From positions 80,476,001 through 80,540,000 of the forward strand of contig OX597824.1 of assembly GCA_951406725.2 (NCBI GenBank): a stretch of 64,000 nt of DNA, in the 5' to 3' direction. Each line of letters begins with the position of its first letter. Within the stretch, counting starts at the first letter, position 1. This document shows positions 1 to 13,449 of the stretch, in pieces. The notes under the pieces were generated by a model. It was not told the DNA's origin and did no database searches. It saw only the letters and a list, made by a program, of their open reading frames with translations. The position numbers were made by a program, and so were the translations under genes. Source of the DNA: Octopus vulgaris. Its lineage: Eukaryota.

Positions 1-1016
1 GTGAAAGGGGAAAAAAAGGGAGGAAAAAGAACAAGGAAAAGAAGGAAGGAATATAATGGTAAAAGAATAATAATAAATTAATATATAAAATATAAAATCA
101 TAAAGTACAAAATAACAAAATATAAATAGCATACCGGAAGTTCTTTTTTCTAACTGACATATTCGTAAGTTCCTCTACGCCAGACCAAAGAAGAAGAATG
201 GAGGGAAAAATATGTCTAAAATACGTGCCAGAAACGAAAATAAATAAATAATTTGAAGGGCGACGTTAGGAATGACACCAGAAAATATATCAATTAATTA
301 AAATTACTTGTTAGTTAAATAGAGAAAATGACAACACGGCAGTAATTGTTAAAGAGCTTTATAATAAAGGAGGGGATGATTTTAATTTTAAGAAATTCAG
401 AATTAATTTGACAAAATTAATTAACATACTTGCCAAAAAATTTTTGATCTTTGTTAGCAAATAGGGTAATAGTTATGAACATGTTTCGGAAGCATTATAC
501 CTTGTCAGCGAAGCATAGTGAAAAACCAAGCCTGCTTTGAATGGTTAACAATGTTTTGTATTTTACAGCTATGGGGAAAAAAAAGTTACGAAGATTTCTG
601 CGTAGTAATAATTTGCATAATCACAAACTAAAATGAGCTATTGGAAGTAATTCTATTGTGCCGATGAGAGGAATTTGTATACGCAAGAAACTGCAAATAA
701 ATCAATCTCTTCTCTCGAATGTTCTCTCTGTAATTTCCAAAAAGCAATGCCTGAGAGAGAAAAAAAGGAAAGGGGTCCGTTTGTTATAAAACTTTCTGGT
801 TTCTTCGTTACCGAAAGAAAATATTGTCATTTATGCTTCAGAATTTCGTTTCATATTGATTTTATTTTGCAATTTTTCGTTCCATCTTTTGTTTGAATCG
901 GTTTTTCTCCAATGACAGTTCAATTTGCATTGTTTTACCTCTTAAATATTGGATTATTTTTCATGACTAAAATGATCAGAACCTCTCGCTAGATACGCAC
1001 GCACGCACACACACAT

Positions 1017-1097
<81 letters not shown>

Positions 1098-1117
1098 CAT
1101 ATAGATCTGAGCTCAAT

Positions 1118-1520
1118 TGTTGTTGTTGGCATCCTTTTGTCTCGGAGGTCAATGGAGTTGCGCATAAACTAATCCAGTCTGGTTTTTACATTTCGTGTCC
1201 TCTCCAGTTTCGTGTAGGCCTGGGCGAGATGTAAGAAAATCCTGGGTAGCCCAATCGTCAGGATAACTCTCTCGACCTTGTTGACGTAGTCCAAAGAAGT
1301 GCAGAGCATTACGTTTGGTTGCATGAGCTGCTGGAAGAGTGTCGAGTCGAACACTAAACCGCCTACGGGGCTCCACTCCGGATTTCTATGAAGGTTGTAT
1401 CCGTAAACCCTGGATAGGGGGCCCATACTGGGTACTGTCAGCCGGAGCTAGCTGATCCCGGGACTCGTGTCAGGCAGGGTCGTCACTCCCTGAAGTAGTA
1501 AAGAAAATCGCTACCCACTA
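1118..1520 (-). mobile_element. Non-autonomous RTE-derived retroelement
   Basis: Minus-strand 3' end GCGCAACTCCATTGACCTCCGAGACAAAAGGATGCC followed by (AAC)n resembles RTE/BovB-type 3' ends (recalled). No coding capacity; lies between (CA)n and (TA)n tracts. Confidence 0.55.
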
Positions 1521-1729
1521 ACTGGTGAACTCAATACATGAATATATATATATATATATACGTTTTTTATTATTTTTAATCGACAGAATTAACGATCTCA
1601 AATGGGTGGGACTTTAATAAAAATAATAAAAATAATGGCTTCAAATTTTCGCCCCCGGTCAGCAAGTTGGCGTGAGAAGATAAGTTAATTATATCGATCC
1701 CAGTTCACTCCTAGTTCTTATTTTATCAA

Positions 1730-1984
1730 AGGCCGGACAAAATGCTTAGCAGCATTTCATCCGTCTTTATGTTAAGGCGGCGAGCTGACAGAAACGTTAG
1801 CATGCCTGACGAAATACTTGGTATTTCGTCTGCCGTTACGTTCTGGGTTCAAATTCCGCCGAGGTCGACTTTGCTTTTCATCCTTTCGGGCTCGATAAAT
1901 TAAGTACCAGTTGCGTACTGGAGTCGATCTAATCGTCTGGTCCCCTCCTCAAAAGTTTCGGGCCTTGTACTTAGAGTAGAAAAG
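1730..1984 (+). mobile_element. SINE family A (tRNA-derived), inserted into an older minus-strand copy
   Basis: Head AAGGCGGCGAGCTG..GTTAGC, B-box GGTTCAAATTCC, body GTCGACTTTGC.TTTCATCCTTTCGGG. 16-bp TSD GTTCTTATTTTATCAA at 1714-1729 and 1985-2000. Confidence 0.85.
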
Positions 1985-2152
1985 GTTCTTATTTTATCAA
2001 TCGCGATGGGAAAAAAGGCAATGTCGAGGGTACTTGAACTCAGAACTCAGAACGGGGTCGATTAAATAAGAACCAGCTACGCACTGGGGGTCGATGTAAA
2101 TCGACTTAATCCCCTCCCCCAAATTTGAGGATTTGTGCTTCCAGTAGAAAGG

Positions 2153-2229
<77 letters not shown>

Positions 2230-3014
2230 CATTATTAAAGGCTTTTGCTCTGTTGTTCAGGCACCCGTGGCTTTTGTGGGGTTTTCCACGAGGATCTTAG
2301 TCTCCCGTATTGTGAGTTTTGATACGTTTATGAGCCCTTGTGGCTAATAAAAGAATAAATTATTATTATTATTTCTTATCCTGAAGGCAGCGAGCTGGCG
2401 GAATCGTTAGCAAGCCATGTCGAAATGCTTAGCGGTATTTTGTCTGCCGCTACTTCTTGATTATAAAGTGCATCAGTTACTGCCACCATACTGACACGAT
2501 GCTTCTCTGTAATATGTAGATTCTCTGGTATCTGGTATCTGGTAGGTGCAACTGTGGTGGTTAATTGAATCATTTAATTAAAATGGTGCCTCATTACTCA
2601 AACTAATATTTTTTAAAAAGTGTTCATTTTCTACCCATCTTGCCAAGTAGCACTAGTAAATCTTCATTAAAAACATAGATTATTCTTGGAATGAAACAAT
2701 TCCAATAACAACGCCTCAAAATGCAATGAATTCTTGATTTTGAAATCCTTCTCATGATTCGCTTTCTGATACAGATTTTCTCGTATTCTGGCATTGCGTT
2801 TCTTTCTTACTTCGTGGAGCTTGTTGATTCCTGCTGTCCGAAATATTTCTTGTAGATATTCTGAAATATTCCAACATGCATTTATCGTGGCAAAAAAAAA
2901 AGAGAAAAAGAAAAATCCCTGCCAAGAGATCTTTTTATACTTTATGCATATAATTATACTTGTTGTCTTGTTTCTCACAGTGAGTTCATATTCTGATATT
3001 GTTTGTTCCTTCTC

Positions 3015-3325
3015 GAGCCATTGTTTGTTCCTTCTCGATTCATGCCTGGCTCATAAGGGCCAGTTTCCCAGTTTCCTTGACATAAAGGTTCCTCACCTGG
3101 ACGGGACACCAGTCCGTCGCAGGTGAACGTGAAGGAAGCAGGAGGAAAGAGTGAGAGAAAGTTGTGGCGAAAGAGTCAGCAGAAGTTCGTCATTACCTTC
3201 TGCCGGAGCTGCGTGGAGCTTAGGTGTTTCGCTCATATACACATACAACGCCCGGTCTGAGATTCGAACCCGCGATCCCTCAACAGCGAGTCCGCTACTC
3301 TAACCACTAGGCCATGTACTTCCAC
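3015..3325 (-). mobile_element. SINE family C (tRNA-like head)
   Basis: Reverse complement reads TGGCCTAGTGGTTAGAGTAGCGGACTCGC..GGGTTCGAATCTC (A and B boxes), matching the heads at 14272, 25373 and 33259. Confidence 0.8.
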
Positions 3326-4132
3326 ATATTTTGATATTGGTGTAATGTTATCAGTCCGAATATGCTTGAGGCACGTTCGAACCGGTGAATAAGATACTGC
3401 GTTTTGTCACGGAAAATATAACCCGTTTGTTGACAAATGTGTATACAACCGAAGCCGTGAGATGCAAGCATTTCGGAGTAGTTATCTCCTCTTCGATCAT
3501 GAACACCAGGCAGGCAGTCCTACGAGCTGATTAAATTGACCGACTTTCTCATGGTTTTCTGGATCTTTACCTTTTGACCTACAGATTTAAAAAATGATTT
3601 TTTGTAACTAAACACTTTCAAACTTCGGACACTGGTAGAATGTATCATATAAAACATCTTTTACTCCTAGCATTTTTGAGGAAAACTTATATTTACTAAG
3701 TAATTTCACGTTAAAGTAGTCCTATTTCGGTAATTTCAACCAATCAATGACGTTTATTCAGCTGAATAAAATTACTGCCATTGTTTGTCAACAAGAACTT
3801 CCGGAGGTGTATTTTTCGTTTCTAGTTGGCTACACGACACAAGCTTGTGTTAAACATTAAAAAGTATTCTGTAAGCTTCATAAAGTTCAATTAGCGCTTT
3901 CATACGTACGTAGTAATAATTAGTTTTCAAAATGTATTTAACTGAGATTTGAGTTTTTGACGACTGTAGTAACATGACTGATTTTTTTTTGTACCTCTTA
4001 GCAGGCTCTAACAAGCCGAGTTTTGGGAACACGGATTTGTCACGGTTTTCCGGGCGTACCGATGTCACTGGGATATATCCCGCCTTTATTTTAACCAATT
4101 AGCTTGCTGTTTACATTAACACAAATTCGGAA

Positions 4133-4170
<38 letters not shown>

Positions 4171-4173
<3 letters not shown>

Positions 4174-4319
4174 CATTGTATATTTAAACACATAAGAATA
4201 TCCGTCATAGATTTCCTGGCACGCTAGAAGGAGTAGCCAAAATCCAAATTGGCTAATCCTTCTAGCGTGCCAGGAATCATATGACGGATACCTCTTATGT
4301 GTTTAAATATACACTGTAT
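4171..4319. repeat. Near-perfect inverted repeat (hairpin), ~70 bp arms
   Basis: TGTATATTTAAACACATAAGA..TCCTGGCACGCTAGAAGGA..TAGCCAA pairs with TTGGCTA..TCCTTCTAGCGTGCCAGGA..TCTTATGTGTTTAAATATACA, with an ~8 nt loop. Confidence 0.9.
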
Positions 4320-4412
4320 TTATATGAGTAACATATAGTCTATTGACTAATTTTTCTACACGCTAGGCCACAGGTAGAAAAAATTTCTTAAATCTTTATT
4401 ACCCTGATATTA

Positions 4413-4516
<104 letters not shown>

Positions 4517-5729
4517 CTGTGTATAAAGAGAGAGAAAGAGAGAGAAAAATAGAGATAGAAGGGTGGAGAGAAAGAGAGAGAGAAAACAATGCAATTTAAT
4601 TCCACATGGGTAGAAATATAGAGAAGTTCAAAATGCACTGGGATTCCTTTCGGTTTTTTATTTTAAAATATTGAAAGAATACTGGTTTTACAGATTCCTC
4701 TGCTTTTCGAAAGTTGACAACAAAAGACATGGACTTATGCTGAAATTGTCTTGCTTCAGATTGGAATTCAATAAATTTCTTACTTTTATAGAAAGAACAT
4801 GGCTTAAATCAGTATCTTTATTGCATACATTTAGATTGGTCGAGTATGATCACGTGATCAGGTTTAGAAATTTTTGTAAGACCTCCGCTACGTCCATTCT
4901 TTAATGCCATGTTACAATATGTTTGGCGTCGTTAGTTAAAGCTGTCACCGTTGAGTGAACACGTCTGCTGATAATCTGTAGCGGTCAGGGCTGTTTGAAT
5001 CTTATCTGTAGTAGAGGAAGATCTCGTGATTTGTACGAATCTTAGAAATTTATGTGGGTTCCCCACTACGTCCGTGTGTTAATATATGACAATAATTTTT
5101 TTGCTCCGAGAATCAAAGCTGGCACGGTTGAATGGACATGTCTAGCGACAGTCCCAAATTAAGGTTCTCTAAATTTGATGGGTCGAGTGGTAGAATGGAC
5201 AGGAGTTGTTTCTATGTAGTCAAGTGGCTGAATAATTATGGTTTGTGTCTCTCTCTTCCTCATCTCACCCCACCTCATCCCTTACACCCACTCCCAAATG
5301 CCCCACCTATACCCCCACCCTCCGCCTACCTACATACCCCACATCTACCCCCAACATCCGTTCAGCCACATACGCCACACCTACCCCATTTTCAGCCTAA
5401 CCCACACCCCAACTTTGCTTTCCCCACTCCCGCCTCCCCACCTCCCAACACCATCACACCACACAGCACACACCACTACACCTTACACCACCATACCACA
5501 CAACACATCACAACGCACCACCACGCACACATCACCACTGACCACTTCACAGAACCACATTTTCACAGCTACACAAACACACACGCACACGTCAAGATAA
5601 CCAGCCCTCTTCCACACGCACATACAAATTCTCTTATACACACACGCACGCGCACCTTCGTTTTGGGATCACCACCACTTTATTATCTCCCCTTCGCCCT
5701 AGCTCTCCTGTGCGGGCCTTCTGTCCGGC

Positions 5730-5930
5730 ATTCGCCATGATAGATCGCTAACCAGTACACATTCTTTATTTTCTCTCCTTGTTTCTTTCTGTGTTCCTTT
5801 CTGTGGAAGAGCGTAGGCTGGAAACGTTAAAGACTTTTTCACTTCCCGAGCGTTAAACTAATAACTAATACATCTCTTTATTGTCTACACCACCTGTCTT
5901 CGTTTTTGTTTTATTTTTGAATTCTCCCTA
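5730..5930 (+). mobile_element. Penelope-like terminal-repeat remnant with degenerate hammerhead motif (5796-5833)
   Basis: CTTT-CTGTGGA-A-GAGC-GTAG-GCTG-GAAAC-GTT-AAAG. Homologous to 45780-45988 and ends at TA-rich sequence. Confidence 0.55.
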
Positions 5931-5942
5931 TACTTATATAAT

Positions 5943-5978
<36 letters not shown>

Positions 5979-6170
5979 ACAAATATATATATATATATAT
6001 ACATATAGGCTTTCAGTGCAAATGGTGTTTTTATACGGTGCAGAGTTTATAATCCTGTAAAAAATAGCAATGGCATTTTTATATAAGCTTATAGTGATCA
6101 TCGTGCAATGACTAAGGAAAATAGTCCAATAAAGGGACATATAAGGTCTCGACAGTAAAAAGAAGACTTT

Positions 6171-6243
6171 CCTATCCGGGTGGGAGACGAACCCACATCC
6201 CTGTTTTAACGCGACTAAATGTGTTACCTTTACACCAGCGAAT
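6171..6243 (-). mobile_element. tRNA-like SINE head (not a functional tRNA)
   Basis: Reverse complement has A-box-like TGGTGTAAAGGT and B-box-like GGGTTCGTCTCCC, but no cloverleaf pairing is evident. Confidence 0.45.
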
Positions 6244-6717
6244 CAACCTCCTCATTTCTGTCAAATTTAAGAACTATTATTGTTCGTGTTTGTTTTTAAT
6301 GGTGTTTTAATGGTGTTTTATTACGGCGCCGATATATGCGTGTATGTGTGTTTGTGTATGTTTGTTTGTGTGTGTGAGTGCCTGTCTGTCTACGTGCGTG
6401 CGCGCATGAATATGTGTGTGTGTTTGATGTCTGCGTATGACTGTGTTTATGTTTGTCGTTCCTTCACCATTTGACAATAGGTATTCGTTTGTTTAAGACC
6501 TCGTAACTTAACGCTTCAGCAAAGGAAAGCAAGAGAAATCATACCAGGACTTAATACTGATTTCTGGTGGTGGTGGTGGGTCGATTCGTTCGACTATACC
6601 CCCTTAAGGCTGTGCCCCAGCATGGCTGCACTCCAAGGACTGACACAAGTAATACGTGAAAAAAGATGATCAAAATCGTCATCATGATCATCATCATCGT
6701 CGTCGTCGTCGTCGTCG

Positions 6718-6751
<34 letters not shown>

Positions 6752-6912
6752 TTGGCAAGCACATACACACACAAAAAAATGCTTAAATTTTTATTAAAAA
6801 ATCCTGTGACAATAGCATGAATTCCACACCGGATGTTCTTCAACTATACAATTAGATTTCTTTGATTATGTTTCAATTTTTGAATGTAAATGTTTCATTT
6901 TCTTTATGGTAG

Positions 6913-7061
6913 TCATGTCTTGGCTGGTCTTTTTGTGTTTCTGGAATATTCTTTATTTATTTTTTTCTTTGCTTTGTTTTTAATTACATTAATGACATTA
7001 CGACATTCCGGAACTGTAGTCAATGCCGAGGGACATAATGCTAACGTCAAAAAACCTCGAC
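6913..7061 (-). CDS. Candidate terminal exon of an unidentified gene (frame unresolved)
   Basis: Minus-strand branch-point-like CACTAAT ~33 nt upstream of acceptor TTGTCTTTACGCAG|G, with AATAAA downstream. Unique sequence; no family recognised. Confidence 0.3.
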
Positions 7062-7656
7062 CTGCGTAAAGACAATATGACAGTTGATCAAAGATTAGTG
7101 ACAAAAAAAAAAAATGCAAACACAAACAATATTAGTAAAGAAAACAAGGGACAAATAAAAAAAAAACCTCGTCAATTTTATATAAAAAATATTGGTGCTC
7201 TGTTGATGAACACACAATAGCAAATGAATAAAATGAAGAATATTAATTTGGTATGAAGGTAGAAAGAGAGAAAGAGGAATGCTAGCTAACAAAGGTTGTA
7301 TTATCTTAAATCTTGCAGTGTAACTGTTAATTCACTAGAAGAGAGAGATAGAGAGATGAGATAGATGGAGTGGGAGTGAGTGAAAGAGAGGAGAGTGAGA
7401 GAAGAGAACGAGGAGGGGGAGATAGAGTAGGAGGGTGAAGTGGGAAGAGAAAATGTGAGGAAAGACAGTAAGAAAAAGTGGTAGACTAGTGTTAGAGAGT
7501 GAAAGAGCGAGCAAAAGAGAGAGAGAGAGAGAGGGAGAAGGGGAGAGTGGAAGAAAGAGAAAGAAAAGTGAGATAAAAGAGAGGAACAAAAAGACAGACA
7601 GAGAGAGACACAGACAGATGCACTGACAAGAAAAAAATCGTAAAGATACTGTGATG

Positions 7657-7679
7657 TCAGAGGTTAGAAATAACGCCAC
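7657..7679 (-). CDS. Candidate alternative terminal exon (GGVISNL* in phase 1)
   Basis: Acceptor GATTTTTCAG|GT followed by GGC GTT ATT TCT AAC CTC TGA. Confidence 0.25.
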
Positions 7680-8462
7680 CTGAAAAATCCCAACAGTAAA
7701 TGATACAATTCCCTCCAAACACAAAATCAGACAAGTCTGTATTTGACTTAATTATCTTAAGAGAATTTGTAGGTGGCAATATATTTGACTGCTGATAGGA
7801 GCAGAAATATTTGTTATTTCCAATTCATGTCCTTCCACACCGTTAACTACTCGATGTCCAAAACGCCAACCATTTTCCTTCCACAACGGCCGCCATATTT
7901 ATTGACACCTAAAATTCATGGATTTCATTATAATTATGATTATAACCGACACAGATTGCCGACAGTTTCTACGAGGCTTATCATTACTTGTCAGTCGCCA
8001 TTCACTGTTTTTCCTGTTTCTATTAGATTAACTCTTTTTATTGATATTTCTCTATTGTCTTCTCGTTTATCAATAGAAAACAAACGGTATCCCCTCGGTG
8101 TTTAATCAATTTTAAACATGTCAACTGGAACAAAAATCAAGGAAGTTTTTGACGTGGTCTGTATCTCCGGGGTTGAATTCATCAGGTTTAATGCAAGATT
8201 GTTAGGTTTTAGTTTGGCAAAACAAAATGTTTTCAATAGTGGGTGACAAATCAGTTACCACAAATGACAGAATACTGATGTAAATGATTTACTGAAATTA
8301 TGTTCGCCTTTCTATGTTCAGAGTTCAAATCCCGGTGGAGGGTGCCATTTCGTGCTTGACAGCTAATCATGGCTGATATAATTAGTACCAATGGGTAGTA
8401 TATTTTGGTTCTTACAATTAAAATTAACTGCATCATTTCACTTCACTTGTTTATTATTATTA

Positions 8463-8527
<65 letters not shown>

Positions 8528-8548
8528 TTGATACATATCATTATTATT

Positions 8549-8646
<98 letters not shown>

Positions 8647-8652
8647 CATTAT

Positions 8653-9010
8653 TCAGTAGTTATATTTTCATAACGTGCTTTCACTTCACTAACGAGCGCA
8701 GCTCCGTGTGCCTTCGGTATGTGCTGTGGTTTGTTGTGATGCTCTGATGGTTACTGTATTGAAAGTGTTTTGCGTAGGATGTGTGCAGTGCCCAGTAGTG
8801 CAATTCTCTGTATGTTGTATATATTTGTAAGTCCTGGTGTTTTTGTTATGTATTTGTTTGAATATTTTTTATCATACCTACTATGCGCCTACTATGATAA
8901 GAATTGTTTCTGTTTTTAGATTCCACATTCGAGTTACCTCTATTTCTAAGTCTTTGTATTTTGAAAGTTTCTCCATTTCCATTATAGAAACGTTGTCATC
9001 TGCTGGTATT
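8653..9010 (-). mobile_element. R4/Dong-type non-LTR retrotransposon 3' fragment (restriction-like endonuclease end plus 3' UTR)
   Basis: Minus translation IPADDNVSIMEMEKLSKYKDLEIEVTRMWNLKTETILIIVGA..NIQRIALLGTAHILRKTLSIQ* (disrupted midway), flanked on both sides by (TAA)n. Confidence 0.85.
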
Positions 9011-9013
9011 AAT

Positions 9014-9101
<88 letters not shown>

Positions 9102-9207
9102 TACTATTACTATTATTATTATTGTTATTATTATTATTATTGTTGTTGTTGTTGTTGTTGTTGTTGTTATTGCTATTATTATTATTATTGTTGTTGTTAT
9201 TATTATC

Positions 9208-9247
<40 letters not shown>

Positions 9248-9718
9248 GAGTGAGAGAGCAGTTCATGCCATCAAAGTGACACTGGGGTAAAATATACGAA
9301 GCCCAATATACCCATCATGACTACCCGTCTCATAAAGGTACACCAGGCACATGCATCACAACCATATGTGCGCGACATGGTGATCTCATATCAAGATAAA
9401 CAGCACATGACCTTGCAGGTGGGGCCCAGTTAGAATTTTCTTCAGGTTGAGTAGCCCATCCCGCTCAAACGGTCCCTGAATAAGGGTTGTTTAAGGATGT
9501 TGAAAGAACCACCCATGTTTCCAGAGGTGAACTATTCAAACCCCAAAGAATCCCTCTCAACACATGGCTATGATGCTCCCCCACTACTTCTGCTCGTGAT
9601 CAGAGATGCACATATCGTCAGCCACTAAGGGACATGCTCAACTGGTTAAGGTCAAACAACTGACAAGCAAATATGTGGTATTGAGCAGAATATTTGCTGT
9701 AGCCCATCTTTTATACCA
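9248..9718 (-). mobile_element. Non-coding (TAA)n-embedded SINE-like element, 5'-truncated
   Basis: Nearly identical to 50304-50775 and to the copies at 27736 and 28000. Has a fixed end (GAGTGAGAGAGCAG on +) abutting (ATT)n. Confidence 0.85.
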
Positions 9719-9803
<85 letters not shown>

Positions 9804-9838
9804 GCTATTATTATTATTAATATTATTATTATTATTAC

Positions 9839-9880
<42 letters not shown>

Positions 9881-9949
9881 CATCATTGTTGTTGTTATTG
9901 TTGTTGTTGTTGTTGCTGTTGTTCTTGTTATTATTATCATTTATTATTA

Positions 9950-10001
<52 letters not shown>

Positions 10002-10698
10002 CATTATTATTATTATTATTATTATTATCATTATTATTATTGCAACGACATGTCTTGTACATGTGCTTTCTCTTCGACCCTCAACACCTCACATTTCTTC
10101 TTGTCGTCATAATAATCATAGTTGTTATAACATCAGCGCTACGATGGTAACACGATCGTCGTAGCTTGGACAATGATGATGATGCTGATCTTTGTCCTCG
10201 TATACATTCACGTCCTCCTCCTCCTCCTCATCATCATCATCATCCTCCTCCTCCTCATCATCATCATCGACGTGGTCGTCGTCGTCTTCTACTTCTTCTT
10301 CGTCTTCTTCTTCCCTTCCTCCCCTCCCCCTCCTCCTCCTCCTCCTCCTCCTCATCATCATCATCATCGACGTCGTCGTCGTTGTCTTCTTCTTCTCCTC
10401 CTCTTCCTCCCCTTCCTCCTTCTCCTCCTCATCCTCCTCATTGGTGGTAACAGCATCATCATTATCATTACTATCATTTCCACCACTAAAACCACCACCA
10501 TCTCAAATCATCGCCATCTTTATTCTCCACTGTTCCGCCCTATCCTCCTCCTCCTCCTCCTCCTCCTCCTCCTCATCATCATCATCATTATCATCGTCTT
10601 CGTCGTCAATGTCATCATCATCACCATCATCATCATTATCATCGTCATCATCTCCATCACAACACTAATCACTGCTTTCGCCGTTAACAGTATGTTAT

Positions 10699-10732
<34 letters not shown>

Positions 10733-11040
10733 CGCCATGACCATCACCTTCCTCATCATCATCATCATCATCATCATCCTAACAAAACAAACGCTGCAGC
10801 TATAACTATATCAACGACAGCTTGAACTCGCTAGCGGAGGGGTTGGGGGTATCAGGAGATCAAATTTTTTCCCTCCTCTTTTAACTCCTCCCCCAGTGTG
10901 GTGGGGTAGAGGGGTTGATGATGGAGGTCACATCATACAATTAAGGTTCTGATCGCTTTCCTTTTCAACCGTGCCATTCGCTCGCGAAGCAGCCAAGGTA
11001 CACATAGCCTACAAGTTCAGTCAGTGGTCTATCTCACAAC

Positions 11041-11117
<77 letters not shown>

Positions 11118-11634
11118 TAAATAAAATAAATGTATTAATAAAAAAATGTATTAATAAAAACATAACAGAAAATAATAAATAAACAAAAGATATTATAAAA
11201 TTATATCTAATTCGGTTGCTAGGGGAAACATGACACCAAATCTAAACGTAACGGTTGCTAGGATACGAAAGTGGAATTAAACGTTTGTAACAGAGATAAC
11301 TGTGATAGGATGTTTGGAAATTGTTGCTGTTGTTATTGTTGATGAAGTAGTTGTTTTTACTGCTACTGTTTTTGCTTTCGTTGTTGTTGCTGTTGTTATT
11401 TTTGTTGTTATTGTTGTTGTTGCTTTGTTATTGTTGTTGTTGTTATTTTTGTTGTTTTTTTGTTTCTTTTGTGGTTGTTGCGAATCATTGAAACTGGATC
11501 GGGATATTTGCTGAGGAAGGGAGTTCGTGTGGTTGATGAGCAGAGAAAGAGAGAGAGAGAGAGAGAGGGAGAGCGGGAGAGAGAGTGAAAGACTGAGAGA
11601 CTGAGTGTGAGAGACAGAGAGACTGTGGGAGAGA

Positions 11635-11684
<50 letters not shown>

Positions 11685-12129
11685 GACAGAGAGACAATCA
11701 GACAGACAGACAGAGACAGACAAACAGACAGACAGATAGAGGTGGAGAGTGAGTGAGAGCGAGAGAGAGGGGGGGAGCTACGTGGTGAAGAACGTGTGTT
11801 TGGGGGTTGAGGTCGTGATGGGTAAAGTTTGGGCGAAGGGGGCGGGGTGTAGGTGAGATTAAGATGACGTTTCCTGATTTTGTTTGTTTGTGTCTTTGTT
11901 GTTAATCCATTTTTGTTTCTTTTTTTTCCCTCGGAAAGGATTCAGCCTGGTTGAATTATATCCATATTTGAGGTGACGAGAAAAAAACCCCAAAAAAATA
12001 AACAAAGAAAAAGACACAGAGATGTAAAAAGCATAAAAAGACGATGGTGGTGGTGGCTGTGGTGATGAAGGTGAAGATGATGATGATGATTATGACGATG
12101 ATGATGATGATGATGACGATGATGACGAC

Positions 12130-12162
<33 letters not shown>

Positions 12163-12257
12163 CACAGCGACGATGAAAACCATGACACTGATGGAAATCA
12201 CAATGATGATAAAGAGGATGATGATGATGATGATATTGATGAAGATGATGATGATAT

Positions 12258-12311
<54 letters not shown>

Positions 12312-12355
12312 CGATGATGATGATGATATTGATGATGATGATGATGATGATGATA

Positions 12356-12396
<41 letters not shown>

Positions 12397-12690
12397 ATTG
12401 ATGATGATGATGAAGAGGATGATTTTGATGATGACGATGTCGACGACGGCGACGACAACGACGACGACAACGATCATGATGTTTATGATAACAGCGAGAA
12501 AAAAGAGGACGAAGCCGAAAGAAAAAAGGAAGAGGAGAAGAAGAAGAAGAAGAAGAAGAAGAAGAAGAAGAAGAAGAAGAAGAAGAAGAAGAAGAAGAAG
12601 AAGAAGAAGAAGAAGAAGAAGAAGAAGAAGAAGAAGAAGAAGAAGAAGAAGAAGAAGAAGAAGAAGAAGAAGAAGAAGAAGAAGAAATAA
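9719..12690. repeat. Compound microsatellite field: ATT/GTT, TCA/TCC, TA, GA, GAT, GAA
   Basis: Directly visible tracts, interrupted by short unique islands at about 10790-11040, 11130-11300 and 11770-12040. Confidence 0.95.
11215..11266. promoter_or_regulatory. Pair of RFX X-box-like motifs
   Basis: GTTGCTAGGGGAAAC (11215-11229) and GTTGCTAGGATAC (11254-11266). A GC box GGGGCGGGG lies at 11839-11847. Confidence 0.35.
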
Positions 12691-12963
12691 TAGAAAATGT
12701 AATAAAAACAAGGAAGAAATAAAGAAGTGATATAGGAGAGGTAACATGATATGAAAAGGAAAAGGAAAACAAAACAGATGCGTTGGGGGAGGGAAGATAC
12801 GGGGGTAGGGGAGACAGAGGAAGGGATGTAATCTTTATATGAAAAAACACAAAAGCGATGGAGAAATCTGGGAATGCATGTTTTGACCCCTTGTCATATA
12901 TCAATAGTGAACCCTTTAAAATAATGTCAACTGAGCCAGAATCTATCTGTAAAAGTCACTCAC

Positions 12964-13001
12964 CCTGCATTCTTGACGTCACTGAAGCGCTTGGTATGGA
13001 A
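12964..13001 (-). CDS. Candidate 38-nt internal exon
   Basis: TAG|TTCCATACC...ATGCAGG|GTGAGT: strong donor in a unique island between microsatellites. Open frames are SIPSASVTSRMQ and FHTKRFSDVKNA. Confidence 0.4.
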
Positions 13002-13449
13002 CTACGTCGTCGACGACGACGACGACGACAATAACAACAATGACAGCAGCAGCAGCAGCAGGGATAGTAACCAATACAACAACAACAACAGTAACAGCAG
13101 AAGAAGCAATATCGGCAACGTCGACGATTTCAACACTTTCGACATGAACAACAATGACGGAAACAGCTGTAAAAAAACAAGAATAATAGCCAAAATATTA
13201 ACAACAACAATTAGACATATATCAATAATAACAACGTATCATTAATAACAACATCTACAACAACAATAACAACAACAATTTCAATATTTACAATAGTGCT
13301 CTTCCACCAGGGACTATATGGCCCTTGGTGGTGCATGTAAGATTTCGTTGTTAGAATTCAATTGCAATAAATTGGTTATACTTCTATGATGCACAAAATA
13401 TTTTAACAGCGTTTTTTATACAATTCTTAATAACATTTAATTATAAAAA

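Noticed and set aside
121-930. TATAAATA, ETS ACCGGAAGT and two ATTTGCAT octamers
   Set aside because: Short motifs expected by chance in AT-rich DNA; no associated snRNA or gene start is visible.
5132-5740. Pro/His/Thr-rich 202-aa ORF (also 51141-52339)
   Set aside because: Low-complexity C/A-rich DNA open in several frames; no domain.
8405-12904. Long poly-I/L/M/H/S ORFs (also 28460-29285, 39657-40290, 57394-60520, 63152-63998)
   Set aside because: Translations of tri- and tetranucleotide microsatellites that are open by construction.
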